From Haliotis rubra (lineage: Eukaryota): a stretch of DNA of 64,000 bases. Within the stretch, counting starts at the first letter, position 1, and the number at the start of each line of letters is the position of its first letter. A program made the translations under genes and the position numbers. Location: contig NW_025765714.1 in NCBI RefSeq assembly GCF_003918875.1, positions 1,426,001 through 1,490,000 on the forward strand. The letters run 5' to 3'. This document shows, piece after piece, positions 45,001 to 54,145 of the stretch. Under the pieces are notes generated by a model that saw only the letters and a program-made list of their open reading frames with translations, was not told where the DNA came from and made no database searches.

Positions 45001-48000
45001 ACATGGTCATATCATTGATTGGCTGCATAACAAATTGCATGTTGTTCCAACTTGAGTATGTGTCATGACTTGACCATGAATATTTCACGAAAATTAATCC
45101 CCCATGAAAATAACTATGATTACAGTATGTCAATGTTGGTCATTTAAGGATGCCAAACTGTATATCAGAGATATGACCTTATGCTGACTTGTTCTCTGTG
45201 CAGGCACGGAACATGGAGCAGAAGCGGCGGTGGTGCCAGGAGATAAAGCGACTCATTCTGGAGACCTACAAGGGGAAGATCCCAGACAAGGTGAAGAGCC
45301 TCGTGATGGAGCTTGGCAGGAACCACGATGACGGTGAGTGGAGCCATACCTGCCAACTCTCATGCCTTGGCTTGAGACTCACACATTTACTACTCATGTC
45401 CCACTCTCACAACAAAACTGATAAATATCACAACAAACTGGGTTTACATGAAAAATTAAAAACCCATTACAAATTACACAAATAGGTATGAATACATCAT
45501 TTGCAGTCACTTTTCTGAGAATGGATTTTGCAATTATGCCTTGGCTTCAGGGATGCTTCAGGACCTGGCAGACCTTAGACCTTGCATCTCAAAATGTTTT
45601 TGTCTCTTGGAGTTGGAAGCTCCGAGGGAGCTGCTTTGGTTGGGCTGTCCATGTATATACACCAACATGGCACTGTACAAATAACAGACAGTTGAAGAAG
45701 TATAACAGTCCTCTAAGTATGATTGAGTTGTGGTTTTGTTGAGGTTTCTGATGTGTGATTCATGGTGATGTTTCAGACTATGTGAACAGTGAGAACCTCG
45801 ACCCAAGGCGGACTCACCACACGGCTCCTGAATACCTGGAGCGCCGGAGAGGGCGACGGAAATCTGGTGGAAGACTGCCAGGTAAGGGAGGCAACCCACC
45901 TATACCATTTCCTAGTACATGGCAAAGACATCATAAATCTATCAAATCTGTGGGTAAATGTCATGCTCCTACTTGAGATTATAAGGCATGTGACAGGTCT
46001 GAGTGCACAGGGTCCTAAATACCATAGCCAGATACAGACACTTTTTGTCGGCCAAGTTTGATTTTTTCATTTCTCTTTTGGTCACTTTGTCACATGGGTA
46101 GTGTGCTCCCCCCTTTTAAAACAAATCTTCAAAGGTTGCTGACCTGCTTCTTATGCCTCGTCTATAGGCAGATGTTGGTGCATGGTCTGTGAGGTCCTCA
46201 CAACACCCATCTATATTTTGTTACCATTAGTCACCAGAACGTAATGATTGATGTACTGGTATTTGTTTCAGATCTGTTGAAGCCCCAGAAAGCAAAGAGA
46301 GGATCATGTAAGTTGGTGTTATTTGATAGTGGGGTGTATGTTGCTATGTGACCCCTGAAGATCCCGGTTAGAATTGATCTTCAGTAACCCATGCTTGTTG
46401 TAAGAGGTGACTAACGTGATCGTGTGGTTAGTCTCGCTGACTTGGTTGACACATGTCATTGTATCCCAGTTGCGTAGATTGATGCTCATGCTGTTGATAA
46501 CTGGATTGTCTGGTCCAGACTCGATTATTTACAGATGGCTGTCATACAGCTGGAATATTGCTGAGTGCAGCATTAAACTAAAAGCAACCAACATTGTTAT
46601 GTAGGAGGTGACATATTGTAACCAGAGCTCTTCCTTCTTGCTCTTGCATACCTAATGTACAGTAAGAAACACAGCCACATCATAATGAAATACTACAAAT
46701 CATTAAATCAAACATACAGAGTCTATATTTCATTTTCTTCCCTTTTATTTCCTTTCTACAGCTGGAAACAGAAAAGTAAGTATATGTTCAGTACTTATAT
46801 CTACGTCATCTAGCAGCAGTTTGTGTAAGACGTCTCTTTGGGCCATGAGGACATCACTGAAAAGTCATGCCTGGTCCTGAGATTGCTTCATTGTCATAAT
46901 ATACTCTGTTCATCAGGTCTACCAAACAGGTATTTCAGGAATATATTTAAAGGGCCACTAATCCAGGACTGGTTGTTGCTTTTGTTATTGTTTTTCTCCC
47001 GTGAGTACCCGGATGATATCCCAGAATTCATGACTGGTTCGTGACCTCTGCTGCGCCACCCTCATGCGCAATTGATAGTATAAGTAAAGACTGATCAACA
47101 AAGATGAAATATTTTTTACTCGATAATCTTATGTTGATTTTGTTGTAAAATGATGTAGACTTTTGATGAAAAAATATTCACTTTGATAAAAATGCTGATT
47201 TTGATGTAAAATTTTGATTTCATAGTAATGTTGACTTTATAAAAATGTTAATGTAAATGGATGTAGAATTTGATTTAAGAAATAGTTTGACCTTGAATTT
47301 GGTGAGAAGCCTGATACATTAGCATTGTTTTGAAAGTAAGGCTAACTAAGTACATGGGGTGTCTTAGGGAGAGTAGTGAGCTTGGGTTCACTACTAGTCA
47401 ATCTGAATGTTGTATTAAATGGCATTATTTTGATAACAAATGAAAACATTTTAAGTTGAACCATCTGCCAGTGGTAAAAAATGTTAGGACTGAAATAACG
47501 AAGTCAATGTACGTCTCTATATTTTGTCTTATAATCCTAATTAGTTTATTATCATATTTGTATGCATTTTGAAACTTAATAAAATGCACACGATCTGCTT
47601 ATACTTAGTGAATTTATAACATGATTGTAATATCTAGACATTTTATAGATTGCCAACGTGTATCATATTTCACACACACGCCCTGAGTGCGACCTAGTGT
47701 ATGTTGTCTGTCTCATTACACTTCATGGCAAAAAAAATGATTCTGTTGAATGCCATAACAAATAAATAAAAATGAAATGCAAATATTAAAATTAAAACAG
47801 ACTAAAGTTATAGCAACAATATCAGGCTATTACCTTGTTCGGGGAATGTATCCATTAATATCCACATAAAGGAATGAGTAGTAAATCTACATACATAAAC
47901 ACTACCTTTTGACAAATCTGCTGTGCAGGATAAACGCAATTTATCAATCAGCGTGTTACCGGTTAATCGTTTGATCGATGTTTGTTTTGTAACTCAGCTG

Positions 48001-51000
48001 ATAATTCCTCCTACTGCACTTCCATGCACATATTACATAAGATGTAATACATTTGCCACATCAGACCTCAATTTATAATGATGAGTATTTACTCCAGACA
48101 CAAGAAATGTCAAATGGGAACCTTTGTCTGGTAATCTAAGTGGTGTTATCACTAATTATACCTGTTATAAATTCATTAACTGACAATCAAGTGAATGATG
48201 ACAAATAACATGTGTAGGTTTACCACCAAACAAGGGTTACAGCAAGAGAGAAGTAATCGCTGAATTGCTTGCAAGTTTGATTGCCCCAAAAAACAACTTA
48301 TGGGCCGACACTGTTTTGAGGATACGAACGGAACTTCATTGTTACACAAGAAATATATATAAGCATTTACTGTGTACTTAGTTAAAAACTGTATATATAT
48401 ACCTATGTACCTAAGTAAAATTTCAGATTTATTTTTTTGCAATGGCAAAGTGGGGTTGTTTAGTTTATGGATTCAAATATATCAAATGTATGCTTTAGAT
48501 ATCATAGCATACGTAATAGACATAATATTTTTACATGATTAAATATTGAGGTAAAAAAACACAGAAATAGGATCAAATTGGATCAGTCACTATACCATCC
48601 AAACATTTGAAAATCTGAAAAAGCCTACACTGCTGGGATACTTTATTACAACCAGACGAGAACTACCGGGGATATTTTCAAATAACGGCATCTGATGGGC
48701 ATCCACCCTTCCTAATGTCCCACTGATTAGGTTGAAGAAATTCTGCCAGGGTGGACAGTAGCCCTGTCCCTGTGTCCGTCACGGTTGAGGGAGCAGAGGC
48801 TGACCAGTTTGCAGCTAGGTTTCGTAATTAGACTGTTGGCTGGAAACAATAATCGCTCTGGATCAGTGGCCCATTAACTTAGAATATATTAAAAAAACCA
48901 AATCAAATAATACTTTTACAATAGACTTTGTTTACTGAGAAGAAGACTATAAGCTTGTATGCATTAATGATGTGTTTGTCCTGTTTCAGGGAGACATCAG
49001 CCCTAGAACAGTAAGTATTTCCTTCAGTGTTATCTCACTCTGTATCTGTCCCTAGTATGGCATTGTGGATTTACATCATACCTGTTTATTAGCTCCAGGG
49101 CACTTATTCTCGAAACGTTCGTAGCCCTAAGAATTCTTAACTTTGATTGTATCCAATGTATAAAGAATGGGCTTAAGAAGTTTGTAGGGCTATGACCGTT
49201 TCGAGAATAGCTTGCCTGGTTTCTAATTTGTTTTGATCTTACGATTGTGTTTTGCTTATAACCCAGTCTGATAGCTTCCCTGACTAGTTTTACGTTACCA
49301 TCTATCATGACTCACATTGCTAAATATGGCTGCATTGTGCTATTAGAATTTGCTTGATGTAAATATTCATAAAAGCATATCCTGGCAGCTACCTGTAGAA
49401 TTTTACGCAAACGTTGAAAAATAAGCATTATTGTTGTGTGATATGTTTTTTTATACATAGATAGGCACATTATGACATCCCTAATGATTAACTATGTCCA
49501 GTAGAAGATTCAAATATAGACTGAGATGATATTGCAGTGCTTTAAACATTGCCATCTACAAACTGTTCATTTGTTACAGTCACCGCTCATGGAGAGACGA
49601 CAGACACATGCCTCATTATCCAGTGAAACAAGGGAGACAACTCCGGAGCACAAAAAGGTGGTCACATTTGTTCATGTTACATGTATAGAATTAATCATTA
49701 TAATGTACTATATTCTATTGTATTGTAAGTTCCATTTTTATCAATGAACCTTGAGAAGTTTTGAGAAGAATGTTATTTTATATTTCTTAGAATATTCTGA
49801 ATACTTGTCAGAGCTTGATATCAGTGCATTATATTTTTCCAGAGTCAACAAAGTGTGACTGACACGTCCAGTGAGGGCACCTCTATCTCCAGAACCACGA
49901 CCCAGAGTGATATATCCTCCCAGACTGCTGGTATTGAAGACACATCCAAAAGCTTCCACGGGTCTGTTGATACGCTAGCATCCAGCCATAACAATGCTTC
50001 TACCAAAGATACTTCCAGTGACAATGTCCGTCGAGCCAAGAGTTTTCGTATTGCAACCAGGATGAGACCAATCACCTCACAAGATCTTGGTGATGTTATA
50101 CCCAGCATTGATTCAGATTCAGAAAGTGATATGGATGATCCAAGTCTTACACAAGATGGGTTGAAAGAATATAATGATGTTGTGTTTAATAGTAGGCCAG
50201 ATTTTGATGAATTGTCTGATGGAGACGTACCCAAGAAAACCAACAAGGAGAGTAGATACACCAGTATGCCTGTTTTGAATATCACACCTCCATCCAAAGA
50301 TCCAAAGACACAGAGTCCCAAGGATAGTGGGATGATGAATTCCAACTCCTGGAAAAAGAACAAACAGGGAAGTCTTGTGAATCTTCAGACAAAGCAGTGG
50401 ACAAAAATTGCTCAGAAAGAGCAAGGTAGAAGCATTCCTGCTTTTCATGACACTTTTGCCAAAAAGTCCCTTGAAAACCTGACAGTGAAAGCATTGCGTC
50501 ACCCTGTGTATACTGTGAAGCACCTGTCCGTGGACTGTGATGCTCCGTCCAAGAAGGGAATCAATGCCAAGCTCACAAACTGGGGCAGCACTGAGAAGCT
50601 GACTAAAGGATCAATGACCGATGTGTCACACTTATCAGAAGACCCATGGGTGAAGAATCCTGAAGTTAAGAAGCTCTCTGGATCTGCCAGTGTGTCAAAT
50701 GTATCTGTCAAACCTCAGGGGCATAAACTGAAGAAATGTTCAGAGCCTAGTGATCCTAAGAGTGGTAGTCGTGAAAATATGGACTGGATGGTATATGTTA
50801 ACCGAAATTCATTAAATGATACTGAGAACCAGAAGTATTTTCCCAAATATTGTACGCCACCTAGAGGGACTATGACACCACCGAAAAGTCCTACAGTCAT
50901 GAAGCAGGAATATAACTCCCCAAGCCCAATGAAGCGGAACACAAACAACCTGGCATCCAGACCAGTCTCAACCTATGACACTGTTCCAGACATCCCCAAG

Positions 51001-52830
51001 GTTACGGTAGCTTCAAGTGTTCCCTCAATCATTGTGTCATCAACGTCGCCAAAGTTCCCCCATCATGACCATCTCTCACGTCATCAGCTCAACAGATCCA
51101 ATTCCACACCTTTGACCAAATCAAAGACCATTGCTCAACCTTCCACCAACAGACCTTCATCTTTCGACTGTGAGGGATTCACAGATAGTGAGAGAATGGT
51201 AGCTGAGATGGAGGATTATATGAAAAAGTCCAGGGACAATGATTCTTCACCATCATGTAAGTTTCCTACAAATCTGCCTGTTTTCCATTACAATGAATTA
51301 GAGAAAGGGAACAGACATTCAAATATTTCTACATCATCTTATGAAAGCCATTCCAGCAGCTCCAGTGAAGGGATCATGGATACACTCAAACACAAGATTC
51401 ACAGCTGGACATCCAAACTTTCGAAACGTTTGGAGGACAGCGATGGGCACTCGTCATTGTCAAGTGTGTCTGATGTCCGTCCATCATCCCTGCTCATGTC
51501 CGATGATGAGAAGATGGATGATGTAAAGAGTAAAAACTCTTCCTGTGAGACTCTGGACTCGCCACATGCACGGAAGAAGGGAGCGGAGAAGCTGAAGAGG
51601 CAGCAGCATCTTCTGGAGGACGATGAGGAACTGAGGACATTCTTGAGGCAGAGAGGACTTGGTGGAGACTCTATTGGGTCCAGGATGGCTAATTCTCTCC
51701 CACCCAATGTAGAGGCCTTGATAACTGATAAACTAAGACCACATAGTGCCTGTGTTCTAAGGGACAGCGATTCTCTTTCTTCCTATGAACTTTCGAGCAA
51801 GGAGACTACCCCAGAACCTCAGGCTCGTTTGTCTTTACCAATTATGCCTTCAACTGCTGAAAATCAGAGTCCTTTATCTCTCAACAACATGGAAATTCAG
51901 CAGTCAGACTCTGGGTTTTCTATGCAAAGTGATGTGACTGACAGTAATTCCATGGAGACCACAACTCCTGTCAGCAACATGAACACACCTCCTGTCAAGC
52001 AAATGGATGTAGAAGAAACGGAAAAGGAAAAAGATGAGGCCACCACCATGGACACTAGACAGAAAGAGCCAAACATGTCTAGGCCACGAACTCAGTCAGA
52101 ATCATCTGCTGATTCTGTTGATAGTTTTTATGAACGTCGTTTGTCTATAGCTTTTGACTCCGAAGTTTTTCGGGATTCTGCAGTGTTTTGTGACATCAAC
52201 ATTGATCCCAAACAGAAGGTTGTGAAGGAGACCCCAAAGAAACCAAGACGATCGATCAAAGACTTTGTTCAGATCTTGGAGGAAAGGAATAAACCAAAGG
52301 CTCCACTTACTGTAGAGGTTAAGCGTAGGGGACCAGGCTCTGGGATTCGTCAGCGGCTCCAGACTCTACAACAGGCTTCACAATATTCCAGACACAGCAG
52401 TAGAAACACTAGTGAAGAACGGGAGTTGGTGCAACCCAAATCTGTGAAAGATATTCAGCAGTCCCTGGCTGCAGAGCCAAGGTTTGGCCAGTCCAAGAGC
52501 TGGCATCCTAGTTCCAGCAGCAACATTGGCTCCATGAACAGCAGCTCGAACACATCTATCAGCTCCAGCTGCTCATCTGGCATCTCAGGGCCACACTTTG
52601 CTGTGGTTGGTGGCGGCAGCAGTCACTCCCATGGTGGTAATCAATTCATGCACCATCATGTGCGGGCGGAATCAGAACACGGCAGGGAGAGCTCACCAGA
52701 GCTGTGTGGTCTCAGGTCAGCACGCTCACTGGGCAGGCTGGACCAGTTGAGCACAGACATCGAGAACCTTGTCATCATGAAAGGATGGGTGAGGTCACTC
52801 ATCAACAAGTTCCAGAGTGACAAGGAGTGA
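17873..52830 (+). CDS. PLEKHG1: PLEKHG1/2/3-like Rho guanine nucleotide exchange factor (DH-PH), spliced gene span, about 1790 aa: join(17873..18086[candidate],27342..28345,36727..36827,39983..40099,42770..42920,43701..43901,44015..44131,44532..44627,45204..45333,45777..45881,46272..46307,46762..46775,48990..49010,49580..49657,49843..52830)
   Basis: DH motifs [78 protein letters not shown], followed by a PH domain (LGDLVLEG..FLFER..ANLMLVE..KRRWCQEIKRLILE). All introns are GT-AG and exon phases join in one frame (5373 nt in total). Probably co-orthologous to vertebrate PLEKHG1/2/3, so the symbol is approximate. Confidence 0.9.
19898..21085. repeat. 43-bp minisatellite, ~27 copies
   Basis: Unit tacagtcaaggccagtggtggcatctaccggcatctagctgta. 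Confidence 0.96.
21190..21330 (+). mobile_element. Degenerate fragment of SINE family A
   Basis: cactggattgtctggtccaga...atatagctggaata shared with 35598-35873. Confidence 0.6.
21917..22003. repeat. 22-bp tandem repeat, 4 copies
   Basis: Unit tattcagcatctatagctacac. Confidence 0.9.
22941..24243. repeat. 32-bp minisatellite, ~40 copies
   Basis: Unit catgctgcaacaacacacagactctcccaggt. Confidence 0.96.
25957..26137. repeat. 62-bp tandem repeat, 3 copies
   Basis: Unit tacatggaaccccattgtaccaagttcaatgttgcctgaccagaatgtggcttctgc(g/a)tgta. Confidence 0.93.
27342..28345 (+). CDS. PLEKHG1: RhoGEF exon: Ser/Pro-rich N-terminal region and start of the DH domain
   Basis: Acceptor ttaccttgcag|GA, donor ATCCAG|gtgagt; ORF 27350-28381 ends [25 protein letters not shown]. 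Confidence 0.93.
31831..32338 (-). mobile_element. 5'-truncated non-LTR retrotransposon (LINE) 3' end
   Basis: Minus strand encodes FTKLRLSDHRLKIELGR...RLCDKCSVLEDEQHHFMCCTKYSDAR (CCHC-type ORF2 C-terminus), then AATAAA and an (ATTTG)n tail. Clade (RTE-X or similar) uncertain. Confidence 0.8.
32807..33782. repeat. 34/41-bp minisatellite, ~25 copies
   Basis: Unit gattgtcacagaacacctgatggactgt(ggactgt)tttaat. Confidence 0.96.
35598..35873 (+). mobile_element. SINE-like retroposon family A with (ACTC)n tail and 11-12-bp TSD
   Basis: TSD (t)cctaagtctag on both sides; tail actcactcactcact; similar copies at 46350, 21190 and 63900. Confidence 0.88.
36727..36827 (+). CDS. PLEKHG1: RhoGEF DH exon ([33 protein letters not shown])
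   Basis: tttcag|GGC...GGAAG|gtacat; conserved LFxNIxDIYEF motif; phase 0 to 2. Confidence 0.92.
37040..38045 (+). mobile_element. Non-autonomous Helitron/Helentron-like (HINE/DINE-type) element with an internal ~174-bp x5 tandem array
   Basis: 5' TTTTTATCCCCCCGGC, (GTCC)n microsatellite, central tandem array, 3' gccgggcggata complementary to the 5' end, hairpin gtcatc-ttct-gatgac, terminal CTTGTT. Confidence 0.8.
38082..39250. repeat. G-rich composite minisatellite (~37-bp and ~26-bp subunits)
   Basis: ggggtgggggtgagtactgacatagtgagggatgtaa and gggatggggttggggacactgacata variants. Confidence 0.95.
39983..40099 (+). CDS. PLEKHG1: RhoGEF DH exon ([38 protein letters not shown])
   Basis: gttgcag|G...CCCAG|gtgggt; phase 2 to 2. 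Confidence 0.93.
40951..41054 (+). mobile_element. 5'-truncated copy of tRNA-derived SINE family B
   Basis: ccccacatgggtacaatgtgtgaagcccatttctggtgtcccc...(ACTC)n. Confidence 0.8.
42171..42769. repeat. 88-bp tandem repeat, 7 copies (one internally deleted), ending at the exon acceptor
   Basis: Unit gaatagtgtccctgaagttaaatgacaatg...ggacttgacttgcatgttgtacag. Confidence 0.96.
42770..42920 (+). CDS. PLEKHG1: RhoGEF DH exon (SAVEVLTRYM...[13 protein letters not shown])
   Basis: gttgtacag|C...TTACAG|gtatgt; the acceptor belongs to the last unit of an 88-bp tandem array. Confidence 0.93.
43110..43483. mobile_element. hAT-type MITE
   Basis: TIRs tagggctgg / ccatcccta, perfect 8-bp TSD gtcggcat, subterminal atcgat motifs. 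Confidence 0.85.
43701..43901 (+). CDS. PLEKHG1: RhoGEF exon, DH end and PH start (NILKFFDK...LGDLVLE)
   Basis: tatttcag|AAC...GAG|gtaagt; 201 nt, phase 0. Confidence 0.93.
44015..44131 (+). CDS. PLEKHG1: RhoGEF PH exon (GPFRVYGAKASRQVFLFEREILISKKKEGGMLGCKASIQ)
   Basis: gttgcag|GGT...CAG|gtaacc. Confidence 0.92.
44263..44422 (+). mobile_element. tRNA-derived SINE family B, full length
   Basis: Box A-like tagcctacaggttaaagc, box B gttcgattcc, TSD ttctttaatgg. Confidence 0.88.
44532..44627 (+). CDS. PLEKHG1: RhoGEF PH exon (LANLMLVEVIPNEPLSFHLIPFDNPRAQFTLQ)
   Basis: ttcacag|CTG...CAG|gtaggt. Confidence 0.92.
44661..45127. mobile_element. TA-flanked MITE (Tc1/mariner-like)
   Basis: Termini tactgtaatcat / atgattacagta, with extended imperfect TIRs (ttttcacgggg / ccccatgaaaa). 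Confidence 0.8.
45204..45333 (+). CDS. PLEKHG1: RhoGEF PH C-terminal exon (ARNMEQKRRWCQEIKRLILE...)
   Basis: ctgtgcag|GCA...GACG|gtgagt; carries the conserved Trp of the PH terminal helix. Confidence 0.92.
45777..45881 (+). CDS. PLEKHG1: RhoGEF exon (DYVNSENLDPRRTHHTAPEYLERRRGRRKSGGRLP)
   Basis: tttcag|AC...CCAG|gtaagg; phase 1 to 1. Confidence 0.85.
46272..46307 (+). CDS. PLEKHG1: RhoGEF 36-nt exon (DLLKPQKAKRGS)
   Basis: tttgtttcag|AT...TCAT|gtaagt; open in frame, phase 1 to 1. Confidence 0.75.
46350..46592 (+). mobile_element. SINE-like retroposon family A copy
   Basis: Colinear with 35598-35873. Confidence 0.85.
46762..46775 (+). CDS. PLEKHG1: RhoGEF 14-nt micro-exon (SGNRK)
   Basis: Very long polypyrimidine tract, then ctacag|CTGGAAACAGAAAA|gtaagt; converts phase 1 to phase 0 as the downstream exons require. 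Confidence 0.72.
47502..48742 (+). mobile_element. Unclassified interspersed repeat, copy 2
   Basis: Shares agtcaatgtacgtc...cctaattagtttattatcata through acccttcctaatgtc...ggttgaagaaatt with 465-1322; internal indels differ. Confidence 0.75.
48990..49010 (+). CDS. PLEKHG1: RhoGEF 21-nt micro-exon (GDISPRT)
   Basis: ctgtttcag|GGAGACATCAGCCCTAGAACA|gtaagt; symmetric phase 0. Confidence 0.68.
49095..49219. mobile_element. ~125-bp palindromic MITE
   Basis: Arm ccagggcacttattctcgaaacgttcgtagccctaagaattcttaa is nearly reverse-complementary to ttaagaagtttgtagggctatgaccgtttcgagaatagcttgcctgg. Confidence 0.75.
49580..49657 (+). CDS. PLEKHG1: RhoGEF exon (SPLMERRQTHASLSSETRETTPEHKK)
   Basis: ttgttacag|TCA...AAG|gtggtc (weaker donor); phase 0. 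Confidence 0.7.
49843..52830 (+). CDS. PLEKHG1: RhoGEF terminal exon, ~995 aa Ser-rich disordered tail ending GWVRSLINKFQSDKE
   Basis: atttttccag|AGT in frame with the 991-aa ORF 49855-52830; the C-terminal V-x-S-L-x-x-K-F motif resembles PLEKHG1/3 C-termini. Confidence 0.9.
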   Translation, partial: SQQSVTDTSSEGTSISRTTTQSDISSQTAGIEDTSKSFHGSVDTLASSHNNASTKDTSSDNVRRAKSFRIATRMRPITSQDLGDVIPSIDSDSESDMDDPSLTQDGLKEYNDVVFNSRPDFDELSDGDVPKKTNKESRYTSMPVLNITPPSKDPKTQSPKDSGMMNSNSWKKNKQGSLVNLQTKQWTKIAQKEQGRSIPAFHDTFAKKSLENLTVKALRHPVYTVKHLSVDCDAPSKKGINAKLTNWGSTEKLTKGSMTDVSHLSEDPWVKNPEVKKLSGSASVSNVSVKPQGHKLKKCSEPSDPKSGSRENMDWMVYVNRNSLNDTENQKYFPKYCTPPRGTMTPPKSPTVMKQEYNSPSPMKRNTNNLASRPVSTYDTVPDIPKVTVASSVPSIIVSSTSPKFPHHDHLSRHQLNRSNSTPLTKSKTIAQPSTNRPSSFDCEGFTDSERMVAEMEDYMKKSRDNDSSPSCKFPTNLPVFHYNELEKGNRHSNISTSSYESHSSSSSEGIMDTLKHKIHSWTSKLSKRLEDSDGHSSLSSVSDVRPSSLLMSDDEKMDDVKSKNSSCETLDSPHARKKGAEKLKRQQHLLEDDEELRTFLRQRGLGGDSIGSRMANSLPPNVEALITDKLRPHSACVLRDSDSLSSYELSSKETTPEPQARLSLPIMPSTAENQSPLSLNNMEIQQSDSGFSMQSDVTDSNSMETTTPVSNMNTPPVKQMDVEETEKEKDEATTMDTRQKEPNMSRPRTQSESSADSVDSFYERRLSIAFDSEVFRDSAVFCDINIDPKQKVVKETPKKPRRSIKDFVQILEERNKPKAPLTVEVKRRGPGSGIRQRLQTLQQASQYSRHSSRNTSEERELVQPKSVKDIQQSLAAEPRFGQSKSWHPSSSSNIGSMNSSSNTSISSSCSSGISGPHFAVVGGGSSHSHGGNQFMHHHVRAESEHGRESSPELCGLRSARSLGRLDQLSTDIENLVIMKGWVRSLINKFQSDKE

Positions 52831-53658
52831 ATAATATATGTTGTACAGATTGATGTGTCAGTGTCAGTACATTCAGTCTGGAAATGTGAAGCAAAACAAC
52901 TTAATATTCAAGTTTGAAATTAAGATGTTATGACAATTTTTCCAAATAATTTATGACAATGTTATATGATATATTTTAGACGTTGGAAACAGTGTTCAAA
53001 ATATTCCATTTGGTTTCCATTGAATAGGTAATGCATATAATTACTGAGGCGAAGATGTGCTAATTTGGGCTTGATATGCATTTCTAGTTAGGGACTGCCA
53101 ACAGTGTGTATTGTCAGGGTGAACATCTTGGTGAAGGTGAGAGGGGCATATACTCACTCATTCCTGTATCACTTAGACACTACTACAGGGAAATGTATGT
53201 TCAGGAACATATTCCCACTGTGAAATATTACCTATGTTCATGCCTAAGTCATGTAGCAATGGGTTCAAGATTAAATCAACAGCTCACCAATTTAATACAT
53301 ATTATGTACATGTATTTAGAATGTTAGACCAGTGGTTGGGGCTGATGTGTTCTGAATGTCAAAGTAACCTTTTCAGAACGAATGGGCAAAGTATTTTTCA
53401 TGGAGAGGCAATAAGCTCACTTAACCATGGTTTCATATAGTGTGTGTTGGACTAAGTCACATTTGATAACATATTATGTTCTAGCAGTTCATGGCTTTAG
53501 CTTACACACACACATCTGTTTACATTATTATGATTTGTCAATCAACACCATCAAACCATAAGGTATATCCCATTTAAATTTGTTCAGCTTGTTCTGTTTA
53601 ATTGTTATCTGGATTTGTGCTCGCTGCTTGCCTTCTGTTCCCCACTGGTTCTCCAGCT

Positions 53659-53952
53659 GTTTCCACATCTGTGACTGGCTGTCTGTGGTGGTTTCCACAT
53701 CTGTGACTGACTGTCTGTGGTGGTTTCCACATCTGTGACTGACTGTCTGTGGTGGTTTCCACAAATGTGATTGGCTGTCTGTGGTGGTTTCCACATCTGT
53801 GACTGTCTGTGGTGGTTTCCACATCTGTGACTGACTGTCTGTGGTGGTTTCCACAAATGTGATTGGCTGTCTGTGGTGGTTTCCACATCTGTGACTGTCT
53901 GTGGTGGTTTCCACATCTGTGACTGTCTGTGGTGGTTTTCACATCTGTGACT
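53659..53952. repeat. 28/32-bp minisatellite, ~10 copies, in the putative RhoGEF 3' UTR
   Basis: Unit gtttccacatctgtgact(gact)gtctgtggtg. Confidence 0.94.
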
Positions 53953-54145
53953 GCCCACACACTCTGCTCCATCACAACACCATACATACATATTCGGTGA
54001 ACAGATACACAGAGACTATTACCTGAATGTGTTTGTTTCATAAATATATATCTTTTAGGATCCATCAATGATTGTAATATGGAAACACACTTCTCAGTAT
54101 AAATAATTGATTTTTAAGATATGATGTCACTCAATGAACTTGAGA

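Noticed and set aside
49845-51707. Minus-strand ORFs of 70-172 aa
   Set aside because: Antisense shadows of the large RhoGEF terminal exon.
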